From positions 416,001-480,000 of the forward strand of contig OZ220089.1 of the NCBI GenBank assembly GCA_964291625.2: a DNA stretch of 64,000 bases, given 5' to 3'. Each line of letters starts with the position of its first letter. Positions within the stretch are counted from its first letter, which is position 1. Below, piece after piece: positions 1-8,795 of the stretch. The notes beneath the pieces were generated by a model, which was given only the letters and a program-made list of their open reading frames with translations, made no database searches and was not told the DNA's origin. The position numbers and the translations under genes are program-made. The DNA is from Candidatus Latescibacterota bacterium. Lineage in GTDB: Bacteria; Latescibacterota; UBA2968; UBA8231.

Positions 1-2
1 AG

Positions 3-806
3 GCGATCGTCAGCGCCCGCGTCTCCGCCCGGGGCCAGGACCGGGCCGGGATCGAGTCCCTCGTGCGGGTCTCCCGGCCGCGGTCGACCACGGTCGGCGC
101 GGGGGACGAACGGCAGACGGTCAGCGGCTTCGGCTTCATCCTGCCCGCCGCCTTCACCCTGCTCCTGTTCATGGGGGTCATGACCGGCGGCCAGACGCTG
201 CTGACCTCGATGGTGGAGGAGAAGTCGAGCCGCGTCGTGGAGGTGCTCCTGTCGGCGGTGTCGCCGATGGAGCTCATGGCCGGCAAGCTCATCGGGGGCG
301 TGGCGGTCAGCCTGGTCATGATGGGCGTCTACGTCCTGACGGGGCTGGCGATGCTGGCCTCCTTCTCCCTCTTCGGCCTCCTCGACCCCTGGCTGATCCT
401 CTACCTGCTGATCTTCTTCTTCATCGGCTTCTTCACCCTCGGGGCCCTGATGCTGGCCGTGGGAGCCGCCGTCAACGACATGAACGAGGCCGGGCCGCTC
501 CTGACGCCCCTCATGCTCGTCTCCATGGCCCCGTGGCTCCTCTGGCCGCTGGTCTCCACCAGCCCCGGCCACCCGGTCGCCGTCGCCGCGAGCTACCTGC
601 CGCCCGTCAACACCTACGGGATGCTCATGCGCATGGCCTCGACCCAGCCGCCCCCCTGGTGGGAGGTCTGGCTGTCGATCGCGGTCGGCGCCGCCGCGGT
701 GGTCGGAGCCGTGTGGCTGGCGGCCAAGGTCTTCCGGATCGGACTGCTGATGCAGGGCAAGCCGCCCGGCCTGAAGACGCTCCTCGCCTGGATCCGGGCC
801 GCCTGA
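3..806 (+). CDS. ABC-2 type transporter permease (NatB-like), 5'-truncated by window edge
   Basis: Frame open from position 3; motif EEKSSRVVEVLLSAVSPMELMAGK and multiple TM helices. Confidence 0.85.
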   Translation, partial: AIVSARVSARGQDRAGIESLVRVSRPRSTTVGAGDERQTVSGFGFILPAAFTLLLFMGVMTGGQTLLTSMVEEKSSRVVEVLLSAVSPMELMAGKLIGGVAVSLVMMGVYVLTGLAMLASFSLFGLLDPWLILYLLIFFFIGFFTLGALMLAVGAAVNDMNEAGPLLTPLMLVSMAPWLLWPLVSTSPGHPVAVAASYLPPVNTYGMLMRMASTQPPPWWEVWLSIAVGAAAVVGAVWLAAKVFRIGLLMQGKPPGLKTLLAWIRAA

Positions 807-812
807 GTCCCG

Positions 813-842
813 GGTTTCCGGCGCCACCGAGGGCCGGAAACC
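813..842 (+). terminator. Stem-loop after permease stop (possible terminator)
   Basis: Perfect 10-bp inverted repeat GGTTTCCGGC...GCCGGAAACC directly after the stop; no clear U-tract. Confidence 0.4.
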
Positions 843-1031
843 GCAGCCGACCGCTTCGCCGGAGGGGCCTGCCGCCGGCGGGCGGTCCGGGTCTGCGACG
901 CCGGCGGACGCCGGCGCAACGGGCTGGCGGCGCTCCCCATGGCTGCCGGATTCCCCGCCGCCGACGGCTGCCGGCCGGGTCTGTCGCGCTGGGCGGTGCC
1001 GGCGGCGGAGGCCGCGGCCCCAGAGAGTCGA

Positions 1032-1087
1032 TTGTCGAGTACCTGTAACGGTCGCGCCGCGCGATCGTCACTTCGGCGCCCTAGCTT
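1032..1087 (+). promoter_or_regulatory. Putative Pho-box-like promoter
   Basis: GTCGA/GTAAC/GTCAC at 1034, 1045 and 1067 (11-bp phasing); last unit ends 10 nt before a TAGCTT -10-like hexamer; upstream of a PiT-like gene. Confidence 0.3.
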
Positions 1088-1171
1088 GATGACTCTCCCC
1101 CGCCTCTTCACAGCTGCTCGTCACCCCGCTCTCCGCTCGCCAACGGCCACTCACGCGACAGGAGTTCCGCC

Positions 1172-2134
1172 ATGCCCCAGGAAACCCTGATGATCATCGG
1201 GTTTCTGCTCGGCGCCTACTCGATCGTCGGCAACGACGCGATCCAGACCCTGGGGACCTTCCTCAGCTCCAACACCCACCGCCCGTGGTGGGTGCTCTGG
1301 CTCTTCGGCGGCGGGGTCATCACCGTCGTCCTGGTCTACGGGTGGGTGGTCCATTCGGGGGACGTTTCCTACGGCCGGCTGCGGGCGATCCCGGTGCCGG
1401 AGCGGTTCGTCTGGATCTACTGCATCCCCCCCTTCGTCCTGCTCCTGCTGACGCGCGTCGGGGTCCCGGTGAGCACCACCTTCCTCACCCTGACGATCTT
1501 CGCCCCCAAGGCGCTGCCGGCGATGCTGGTCAAGTCGCTGCTGGGATATGCGACGGCCTTCGTCGCCGCCATCCTCGTCTACAAGCTGGTCACCCGCGCC
1601 CTCGAGCACCGCTTCAACCAGACCGAGGGCCCCACCGGCGGCTGGTGGGTCGTGGCCCAGTGGTGCTCCACCGGCTTCCTCTGGAGCCAGTGGCTGATCC
1701 AGGACCTGGCCAACATCTACGTCTTCCTGCCCCGGGACCCGGTGACCCGCACGCCGGACATCTCCGTGGGGTGGTTGGCGGCCAGCGTCGTCGTCATCGT
1801 GGCCCTGCTCGCCTACATCTTCTACACCCACGGCGGCGCCATCCAGAAGGTGGTGCTCACCAAGACGAACACCACCGACATCCGCTCGGCGACCTTCGTC
1901 GACCTCATCTACGGGATCGTACTGTTCCTGTTCAAGGAGGTCAGCAACCTGCCCATGAGCACGACCTGGGTCTTCGTGGGCCTGCTCGCCGGACGGGAGA
2001 TCGCCATCGCCTGGAACGAGAACCACCGCGGGCGCCCGGAGGTCACCCGCCTGGTCCTCACCGACCTGGCCAAGATCTTCTCCGGACTCGGGGTGAGCGT
2101 CGCCCTCGCCCTGCTGCTGCCCAGGCTGGTGTAG
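1172..2134 (+). CDS. PiT/PHO4-like membrane protein (putative phosphate transporter)
   Basis: GNDAIQTLGT and P(V/M)STT motifs in both halves; many TM helices; AGGAG RBS. Confidence 0.65.
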   Translation: MPQETLMIIGFLLGAYSIVGNDAIQTLGTFLSSNTHRPWWVLWLFGGGVITVVLVYGWVVHSGDVSYGRLRAIPVPERFVWIYCIPPFVLLLLTRVGVPVSTTFLTLTIFAPKALPAMLVKSLLGYATAFVAAILVYKLVTRALEHRFNQTEGPTGGWWVVAQWCSTGFLWSQWLIQDLANIYVFLPRDPVTRTPDISVGWLAASVVVIVALLAYIFYTHGGAIQKVVLTKTNTTDIRSATFVDLIYGIVLFLFKEVSNLPMSTTWVFVGLLAGREIAIAWNENHRGRPEVTRLVLTDLAKIFSGLGVSVALALLLPRLV

Positions 2135-3319
2135 CTACCACCCCTTCCAGCTGCCGTCCTCGTGGCGGTACTGGCGCCAGGGCAGCGGCTCGTACGGCAG
2201 CTTCTCGATCTCCCGGGCCTTCACGGTGACGCCGAGGCCCGGCGCATCGGAGAGGCTGATGTGGCCGCCGGCGATGGTCCAGTCGTGCTCGACGTACTCC
2301 CCGAAGCCGTCGAACCAGGAGCGGCTCATCTCCTGGATCAGGAAGTTGGGTGTCACGGCGTCGGCGGTCAGCGAAGCGGCCAGGGTCAGGGGGCCGCCGG
2401 CGTTGTGGGGCGCCATCAGCATCTGCTCCGCCCGCGCGGCGCGGCCGATCTCCACCAGGCCGGTGATGCCCGAGCAGTGGCAGACGTCGGGCTGCAGGTA
2501 GGCGCAGGCGCGGCGCCGGATCAGGGGCTGGAAGTCGGCGAGGGTGAAGAGCTTCTCCCCCGCGGCGACCGGCACCGGGCTCTTCCTCGACACCTCCAGC
2601 AGGGCCTCCACCGAGCCGGTCTTCACCGGCTCCTCCAGGAACAGCGGCCGGTACCGGGCGACCGCCTCGGCGAAGGCGAGGCTCAGCTCCGGCGTGGGGC
2701 TGCCGTGGGCGTCCAGCAGCAGGTCGAGGCCGTCGCCCACGGCTTCGCGCATCGCCTGCACGCAGGCCGCCGAGTGGTCGACGGCCCCGCGGTCCATGGG
2801 CCAGGTCCGCGTCTCCAGGGGATTGCCCTTGACGCCGGCGTACCCGGCCTCCAGGGCCTCCCGGGCGCCGGCGGCGGCCGCCTCCGGCGAGTCCAGGGAG
2901 GTCGAGGTGTAGACGCGGACCCGGTCCCTGCGCTTGCCGCCGAGGATGGTGTGGGCCGGCACCCCCCAGGCCTTCCCGGCGATGTCGTGGAGGGCCTGGT
3001 CCACCGCCGCCAGGGCGCTGCCGAAGACGGGTCCGCCCTTCCAGGGCATTCGGTCCTGCACATCCTCGCACAGGGCCTGCACCTGCAGCGGGTCGCGTCC
3101 GACGAGCAGCTCCTCCCAGGCGTGGAGGGCCGCCTCCACCGGCTCGACGAGCCACTCGCCGGTGCCCTCCCCCCAGCCGCTGATGCCGGCGTCGGTCCGC
3201 AGCTCCAGGAACAGCCACGGCTTGGAGGTGGAGCACAGCAGCTCGCCGGTGGCCGGGTCATGGATCCGCTGCCCGGTGGGGACGCTGAACTTGTAGGTGC
3301 GCAGAGAGCGGATCTTCAC
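2135..3319 (-). CDS. Mandelate racemase/muconate lactonizing enzyme family protein (galactonate dehydratase-like)
   Basis: GWGE, ALHDIAGKAWGVP, DAH, EEP, GE, QPD, PHN enolase-superfamily motifs; GTG start at 3319 with AGGGAGG RBS (ORF-track start is overextended). Confidence 0.85.
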   Translation of the reverse strand: MKIRSLRTYKFSVPTGQRIHDPATGELLCSTSKPWLFLELRTDAGISGWGEGTGEWLVEPVEAALHAWEELLVGRDPLQVQALCEDVQDRMPWKGGPVFGSALAAVDQALHDIAGKAWGVPAHTILGGKRRDRVRVYTSTSLDSPEAAAAGAREALEAGYAGVKGNPLETRTWPMDRGAVDHSAACVQAMREAVGDGLDLLLDAHGSPTPELSLAFAEAVARYRPLFLEEPVKTGSVEALLEVSRKSPVPVAAGEKLFTLADFQPLIRRRACAYLQPDVCHCSGITGLVEIGRAARAEQMLMAPHNAGGPLTLAASLTADAVTPNFLIQEMSRSWFDGFGEYVEHDWTIAGGHISLSDAPGLGVTVKAREIEKLPYEPLPWRQYRHEDGSWKGW

Positions 3320-3352
3320 GGGGTGACCTCCCTTGGCTGGCGGCGGCGGCGA

Positions 3353-3381
3353 TTGCACAAGTGGATAGTCGTCGCTATAGT
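3353..3381 (+). promoter_or_regulatory. Sigma70-type promoter of hicBA
   Basis: TTGCAC-17 nt-TATAGT upstream of ATG 3407. Confidence 0.6.
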
Positions 3382-3406
3382 CGAAGTCAATGAGGGAGAT
3401 CGTCTC

Positions 3407-3613
3407 ATGACCGAAGTCATCTTCGAGGTAACCGAAGCGGCCGAAGGCGGCTTCGACGCCAGGGCGCTCGGACACAGCATCTTCACCCGGGGAGAGGACT
3501 GGGACGACCTGAAGGTGATGGCCAGGGATGCGGTCCTCTGCCACTTCGAGGAAGAGGAGGCGCCGCGGGTGATCCGGCTGCATCTGGTGCGGGAGGAAGC
3601 CATCGCTGTATGA
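3407..3613 (+). CDS. hicB: Short HicB-like antitoxin
   Basis: MTEVIFEVTEAAEGGFDARALGHSIFTRGEDWDDLK..RDAV partial RNase-H-fold pattern; GAGGGAG RBS; ATGA overlap with hicA. Confidence 0.75.
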   Translation: MTEVIFEVTEAAEGGFDARALGHSIFTRGEDWDDLKVMARDAVLCHFEEEEAPRVIRLHLVREEAIAV

Positions 3614-3858
3614 AGCTTCCGCGTGACCTGTCCGGGGAGGAGGTCGCCGGGCTGCTCTCGCGCCACTACGGTTACCGGATCGCGCGTACGAGCGGAAGCC
3701 ACATGAGGATGACCTTGACGATCGGTGACAACCGACACAGTGCGACCGTACCCAGACATCGGGACCTGCGTGTCGGCACCCTCGACGGCATCATTGCCGA
3801 CGTGGCGGCGTTCCTCGGTCAGTCGAAGGAGCGAGTACGCCAGACGCTATTCGGGTGA
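3610..3858 (+). CDS. hicA: HicA family mRNA interferase toxin
   Basis: MKLPRDLSG..GSH..TVPRHRDLRVGTL HicA signature. Confidence 0.85.
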   Translation: MKLPRDLSGEEVAGLLSRHYGYRIARTSGSHMRMTLTIGDNRHSATVPRHRDLRVGTLDGIIADVAAFLGQSKERVRQTLFG

Positions 3859-3951
3859 TGGGGCGTTCCACCACCAGCCCTACTCCGGCGTAGCAGCAAC
3901 TCTTCGCCAAGTAAGGTAGGCTCCGCTCTCAGTAGGTCGCGCCAGTACCGC

Positions 3952-4947
3952 TCAGTCGAGCTGGAGGTGCTCGGGCACCAGTTCCTGGCGGAAGCGGAAG
4001 ACCTGCGGGTCGGCGGCGTCGACCCGCACCCGGACCCAGTGCAGGTGGGGCGAGCCGAAGACCTCGAGGCGCGTGAAGTTGTCGAGACGCCGGCGGCTGA
4101 CCGGCCCCAACAGCGGCTTGTCGATGCGGAAGTAGTGGGCGTCCCCGTGGACGAGGAGGACGGGCCGGGCGAAGGCGGAGGTCTCGGCGGCCAGGGCTTC
4201 GATGAACCCGGTGTAGGGCTCTGGCGGGTCCGCCCCCTGGTGGCGCTCGAAGCGCGGGTTCGCGTGGACGGCGATGATCACTCCGGCGGCGTCCGACTCC
4301 CCCGCCGCCTCGAAGGCCTGGCCCATCCAGGCGACGGCCGCCTCGTTGCGCCGGGTCACCTCGGCGTCGTCGGCCGGGGTCCGTGCCGGGAAGGGGGCCA
4401 GGGCGTTGCTGCTTCCCACGATGTGCAGGGTGGCGAAGACGACGCCGCCGCGGCTCCAGCGGACGTTCTCGGGGAACTCCTCCCAGGCCGGGTCCGCCGC
4501 CTGGGAGACCACCTGCAGCGAGTCCCCTCCCAGGACCCGCCCCGGGGGGGTGAAGAACAGGGCCCGCAGCTTCGCCAGCCGCTCCAGGGGCTCCCGGAAC
4601 CCCGGGCCCGGCCGGTGGCAGTCCGTCCAGTCGTTGTCCCCCGGCGTCAGCACGAAGGCATGGCGGAAGGTGGAGAACAGCTGGAGCCGCGACTCCAGGG
4701 CCTCGTCGGCGCAGGAAGTACTGCCGCCCTTGATGTCCCCCACGTGCAGCACGAAGGCGAGGTCCTCGGCGTTGATGAGATCCCGGAGCCGGAGGAAGCG
4801 CAGGCTGTCGGTCTCGCTGTAGGGCACGTCGCCGATGGCGGCGAACTCGAAGGCGTCGGCATGCGCAGTCGGCGCCTGCCACGGGAGATGGGCCGCGGCG
4901 CAGAGCAGGACGGCGCGGGCGGCTCCCTTCACGGCGTCAGGGAACAC
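3952..4947 (-). CDS. Secreted calcineurin-like metallophosphoesterase
   Basis: GDVPY, HVGD, PGDNDW, HGDAH motifs; signal-peptide-like N-terminus. Confidence 0.75.
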   Translation of the reverse strand: MFPDAVKGAARAVLLCAAAHLPWQAPTAHADAFEFAAIGDVPYSETDSLRFLRLRDLINAEDLAFVLHVGDIKGGSTSCADEALESRLQLFSTFRHAFVLTPGDNDWTDCHRPGPGFREPLERLAKLRALFFTPPGRVLGGDSLQVVSQAADPAWEEFPENVRWSRGGVVFATLHIVGSSNALAPFPARTPADDAEVTRRNEAAVAWMGQAFEAAGESDAAGVIIAVHANPRFERHQGADPPEPYTGFIEALAAETSAFARPVLLVHGDAHYFRIDKPLLGPVSRRRLDNFTRLEVFGSPHLHWVRVRVDAADPQVFRFRQELVPEHLQLD

Positions 4948-5266
4948 CGTCCCACTCCTCTCCGTAGTGGAAGGTGATCTCCTCGTCCTTGCGGATCACC
5001 CGCCGGGCGTAGAGCCGGTCGCCGTCGAACTCGGCGTTGGGCCTGCTGGAGTGATTGAGGAAGCGCAGGCCGCTGCGCCCCAGCCGGCCCACGGTCCGGC
5101 CTTCCCCCCACTCGACCCACAGGACGTAGGTGCTGTCGCGTCTGGTGGTGACCCCGGTGTACACGCCGATCATCTCCCCTCGAGGGATCCGGCGGGCGGC
5201 GAAGACGCCGGTGCCGTGGATCGGGCTGGGAGCGTTGTAGTAGTTGCGGTTCGGCACGGCGGCCAA
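4937..5266 (-). CDS. SET domain protein (lysine methyltransferase-like)
   Basis: SPIHGTGVFA, RFLNHSSRPN, EEITFHYG SET motifs; start uncertain. Confidence 0.85.
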   Translation of the reverse strand: MAAVPNRNYYNAPSPIHGTGVFAARRIPRGEMIGVYTGVTTRRDSTYVLWVEWGEGRTVGRLGRSGLRFLNHSSRPNAEFDGDRLYARRVIRKDEEITFHYGEEWDGVP

Positions 5267-5371
5267 CGGTAGGGATGGTTCGGGGGCTTCGGCAAGGAGG
5301 TCGACGACAGGCCCGGCGGGCGCCCCTGTTGCGTCGGCAGGGGCGCTGCCGGGCGGAAGATCAACCCCTTT

Positions 5372-5884
5372 CTAGCCTTCCTCGTCGTGGTCCTCCTCGT
5401 GGGAGTGCTCGGAGCCCGGGCCGTCTTCTTCGACGTGGATCTCGACCTCCTTCGAGACGAAGTCGGCGTGGTCGTTGTGGTTCAGCTTGATCACCAGGGT
5501 GGTCTGCCCTTCTTCCAGGCCTGCCACGTGGAAGGACCAGGGGCCGTCTTCCTCGTGGTGCTCGACCTCGGCGATGGTCTCGTCGCCGATCTCCCAGCCA
5601 AGGCCGTATCCGTCGTCCGCGTCCGGGACGAACCGGTCGCCGTCTTCGGCGAGGAAGCGCACCGTCAGCAGGGCTGTTTCCAGGCCGTGGCCGACCTCGA
5701 TTTCCCCCTCTACCTGGCCGTTTTCCTGGCGGACGAGTTCCTCGCCGCTGCCGAGGATGACCAGGCCGAAGGCCTCGGCGTGGTCATCCCACTCATGGGG
5801 GTCCACGGGATTGTCGTCGTCGCCGCAGCCGGCGAACAACAGCAATGCGAGAAGGGATGATGCGGTTGAGATGATCCTGAGCAT
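5372..5884 (-). CDS. His/acid-rich lipoprotein, putative metal-binding
   Basis: Lipobox FAGC; HEWDDHAE, HHEE, HNDHADF and C-terminal EHSHEEDHDEE; GGAGG RBS before ATG 5884. Confidence 0.7.
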   Translation of the reverse strand: MLRIISTASSLLALLLFAGCGDDDNPVDPHEWDDHAEAFGLVILGSGEELVRQENGQVEGEIEVGHGLETALLTVRFLAEDGDRFVPDADDGYGLGWEIGDETIAEVEHHEEDGPWSFHVAGLEEGQTTLVIKLNHNDHADFVSKEVEIHVEEDGPGSEHSHEEDHDEEG

Positions 5885-6103
5885 GGTACGGTCCTCCGGG
5901 TAGTGTCCCCGCGCCCGGATGGGCCCGGGGAACATGTGGTAGGTGTGAACCGGGCGGAGATGGCCGAGGGATTGAGCCCTCCAGCCTGGTCCGACCGGAG
6001 CCGGGAGAATCGCATCCGCACACACCGATCCGGTGGCCGCTGAAGGGACGAGCGGAATCCCCCGGGACGGTGGGAAGGGACTAGGGGAAGCGGGTGCGGA
6101 TGC

Positions 6104-6418
6104 TCAGGAGCGGGGTGGGGCGCGGTTCTCGAAGGAGTAGCCGCGGAAGAAGAGCGGCAGCGGGAGGGACCAGGGAGTACCCCTGCGGAGGCGGGTACCG
6201 GCGCTCCCGAAAAGGAGCGGAAGGATGACGACCACGAGCAGCACGAGGCCGCTCTCGATCATGCAGACCGGGCAGCTCTCCGGCCCGGCTTCCCCCTCGT
6301 GCTCGTGAAACAGCTCGTGACCGAAGGGAAGGGCCAGGAGGAGTCCGATCAGCAGGGCCCCGAGGCAGAGCGCTGCCAGATTCGCGGGCCCTCGGCGGTC
6401 CTTGCGGTCGTGCTTCAC
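6104..6418 (-). CDS. DUF2946/CruR-like small membrane protein with CxxC and C-terminal RAPP motif
   Basis: TM segment, HELFHEH, CPVC, second hydrophobic segment, C-terminal ENRAPPRS; GTG start overlaps the WD40 stop (GTGA). Confidence 0.65.
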   Translation of the reverse strand: MKHDRKDRRGPANLAALCLGALLIGLLLALPFGHELFHEHEGEAGPESCPVCMIESGLVLLVVVILPLLFGSAGTRLRRGTPWSLPLPLFFRGYSFENRAPPRS

Positions 6419-7461
6419 CCGTTGCTCACTCGCCAGACCGTGGCGCCACCCTGGGCGTCGAGGGCGGCCAGGGCGCGGCCATCGGGCCGCCAGTACAAGG
6501 CGCCGACAACATCCGCCACGGGCGCAGCTCCTATCGGATCGCCTTGTCCATCGCGCCTGAGCGACCACACGACGACGGCGCCATCCCGGGCTCCCGAGGC
6601 CAGGCGCATCCCGCGGCGAGCGAAGGCGAGGGCTGTAACCGTTCGAGCATGATGCTCCAGAACGCCGGGCCGCGTGCCTTCGGGACCACTCCCCCGAAAG
6701 CTCCAGACCGTCACCGCCTCGCCTCCGCCGGTGGCCAGCAGGGTGCCGGTGTCATCGAAGGCCAGGGCCGACGGCTTGGCCGGATATCCCGACATCATCG
6801 AGTCCTCCTCCGTGGAGCGGCGCCAGAAGTGAACCGAGTTGTCCTGGCTGCCGCAGGCCACGATATCCCCGTCCGGGCTCAGTACCAGCGACACCAGGGA
6901 GCCCTGCCACTCCAGCTTCTGGCGAAGCTCCCCGGTGGACGCGTCGAAGAACGCCACCCGGCCGTAACAGGCCGTCGCCAGCTCCTCGGCGCCGGACCAG
7001 GCGATGGCGCTGACGGTGCTGGGATGGTCGTCTGATCGCCAGACTTCTCCGCCGTTGGCAGCATACGCGCGAACCTGCCGGGAGCAGGAGGCTGCCAGCC
7101 ACTGGCCGTCGGGCGACCACGCCACGTTTTCCACCCAACCGCCGCCGACGTCGATAGCCTCGCTGACCTGACCGTCGGCGACGCGCCAGATGAGGACTCG
7201 TCCGTCCTGGCCGGCCGTAGCGAACGTGGTTCCACCAGGGTGGATCGCCATGGCGAGGACGCCGCCATCGTGAGCTCCCTGCCGCGCCCAGGCGCTTGCG
7301 CCGGACTTGCCGTCGAAGGCGTGGACGCCGCCCGCGGCGTCACCGACCACCAGCGCCTCGCCGCGGAGGGTCCAGCCCCCGGCGATGGCGTAGTCGCCGG
7401 CCTCCGCGGACCAGCCCCGGCGAAGAGCGCCCCTCGGGCCGCCGGCATTCAGATCAGACAT
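6415..7461 (-). CDS. WD40 repeat protein
   Basis: Repeated H..V..lAWSPDG..LA(T/S)G..D..V.lW units. Confidence 0.85.
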   Translation of the reverse strand: MSDLNAGGPRGALRRGWSAEAGDYAIAGGWTLRGEALVVGDAAGGVHAFDGKSGASAWARQGAHDGGVLAMAIHPGGTTFATAGQDGRVLIWRVADGQVSEAIDVGGGWVENVAWSPDGQWLAASCSRQVRAYAANGGEVWRSDDHPSTVSAIAWSGAEELATACYGRVAFFDASTGELRQKLEWQGSLVSLVLSPDGDIVACGSQDNSVHFWRRSTEEDSMMSGYPAKPSALAFDDTGTLLATGGGEAVTVWSFRGSGPEGTRPGVLEHHARTVTALAFARRGMRLASGARDGAVVVWSLRRDGQGDPIGAAPVADVVGALYWRPDGRALAALDAQGGATVWRVSNG

Positions 7462-8795
7462 GCCTCGAATCCCTGCCGCATGCTCTGCTCATCGAGGTTG
7501 CGGCCGATGAACACGAGCTGATTTCGGCGGGGCTCGTCGTCCCATGGACGATCCGGCTGTCCGTCGAAGAGCATGTGAACCCCCTGGAAGACAAAGCGGC
7601 GCGACTCCCCCGCGAGACTGATGAAGCCTTTCATCCGGAAGATGTCCACCCCGCGCTCGCGGAGCAGCTCGCCGAGCCAGTCGTTGAGCCTGTCGGGATC
7701 GACGTCGCCGTCCCTCTCGATGGCGATCGAGCCCACCGCGTCGTCGTGCTCGTGCTGTGCAACCCAGGTGCGTTCGACCTGCGGCCCGATCGCCGCTCCA
7801 TCCGCATCCGTCAGCCGGAGATCGAACTCTTCCGCGGTGTGCTGGGCGTAGAGGCCCACCCGCACCTGCTCGTCGACCTCGAGGAAGAACGACTTGGGCC
7901 CCGGGGAATCCAGCTGCAGGTTCACGTGCTTTCCGACCGGGATCGCTTCCCCCGGGCCAATGAGCTCCGCAGGTTCGGCGTACCGCCGCACACACCACTC
8001 CGCACTCTCCCGGAGGGCGGCGTCATCCGTGCCCTGGTCGGAGACGACGACGAGGGACATGGCCGGGTCGGGTCCCTCGGCCAGGCCGAGCTCGTATCGG
8101 CCGGTCTGGAGCGCATAGACTCCGGTCCACTCAAAGGGGTATTCCGGCTCGAGGAAATCGGGACGACGGTCGAGCACCTGGTCCAGGTCGAAGGCGCCGA
8201 GGTTGAGTACCGTGTCGACGGGTGCGTTCCCCCGTTCGCTGCGCACGACCCGCGCCATTCGGTTCATCTCTCGGAGCCGCGCCTCGAGCCTGTCGAGGGT
8301 CTCGCCGTTGACGAGGTCCGTCTTGTTGAGCACGAGGACGTCCGCGAATGCGACCTGCTCCGTGCTTTCGTCGCTGCGGCCGAGCTGCTGCTCGATGTGG
8401 GCTGCATCGACGAGCGTGACGATCCCGTCGAGGGAGAATTCCTCGCGAATCTCGTCGTCCATGAAGAAGGTCTGGGCGACCGGGCCGGGATCGGCGAGCC
8501 CCGTGGTCTCCACCAGCACATAGTCGAACTTGTCCCGGCGCTTCATGAGATTGCCGAGGACGCGAATCAGGTCTCCCCGCACCGTGCAGCAGATGCAGCC
8601 ATTCGACATCTCGAAGATCTCCTCGTCCGCGTCGATGACCAGGGCCTGATCGATACCGACCTCCCCGTACTCGTTCTCGATCACGGCGATGCGCTTGCCG
8701 TGCTCCTCACTCAGGACCCGGTTGAGCAGGGTCGTCTTTCCGGAGCCGAGGAAACCTGTGAGGATCGTTACGGGTACTCTTGGAGGCGTGTTCAT
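7449..8795 (-). CDS. CobW/COG0523 family metallochaperone GTPase
   Basis: GFLGSGKTT, GCICC, ETTG, NKTD, C-terminal CobW_C (RMKG..QGVH..LVFIG); ATG 8795 overlaps the upstream stop. Confidence 0.92.
   Translation of the reverse strand: MNTPPRVPVTILTGFLGSGKTTLLNRVLSEEHGKRIAVIENEYGEVGIDQALVIDADEEIFEMSNGCICCTVRGDLIRVLGNLMKRRDKFDYVLVETTGLADPGPVAQTFFMDDEIREEFSLDGIVTLVDAAHIEQQLGRSDESTEQVAFADVLVLNKTDLVNGETLDRLEARLREMNRMARVVRSERGNAPVDTVLNLGAFDLDQVLDRRPDFLEPEYPFEWTGVYALQTGRYELGLAEGPDPAMSLVVVSDQGTDDAALRESAEWCVRRYAEPAELIGPGEAIPVGKHVNLQLDSPGPKSFFLEVDEQVRVGLYAQHTAEEFDLRLTDADGAAIGPQVERTWVAQHEHDDAVGSIAIERDGDVDPDRLNDWLGELLRERGVDIFRMKGFISLAGESRRFVFQGVHMLFDGQPDRPWDDEPRRNQLVFIGRNLDEQSMRQGFEACLI

Noticed and set aside
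845-1020. GC-rich GCCGGC-laden intergenic stretch as an ncRNA or REP element
   Set aside because: Low-complexity GC pairing only; no second copy recognised in the window
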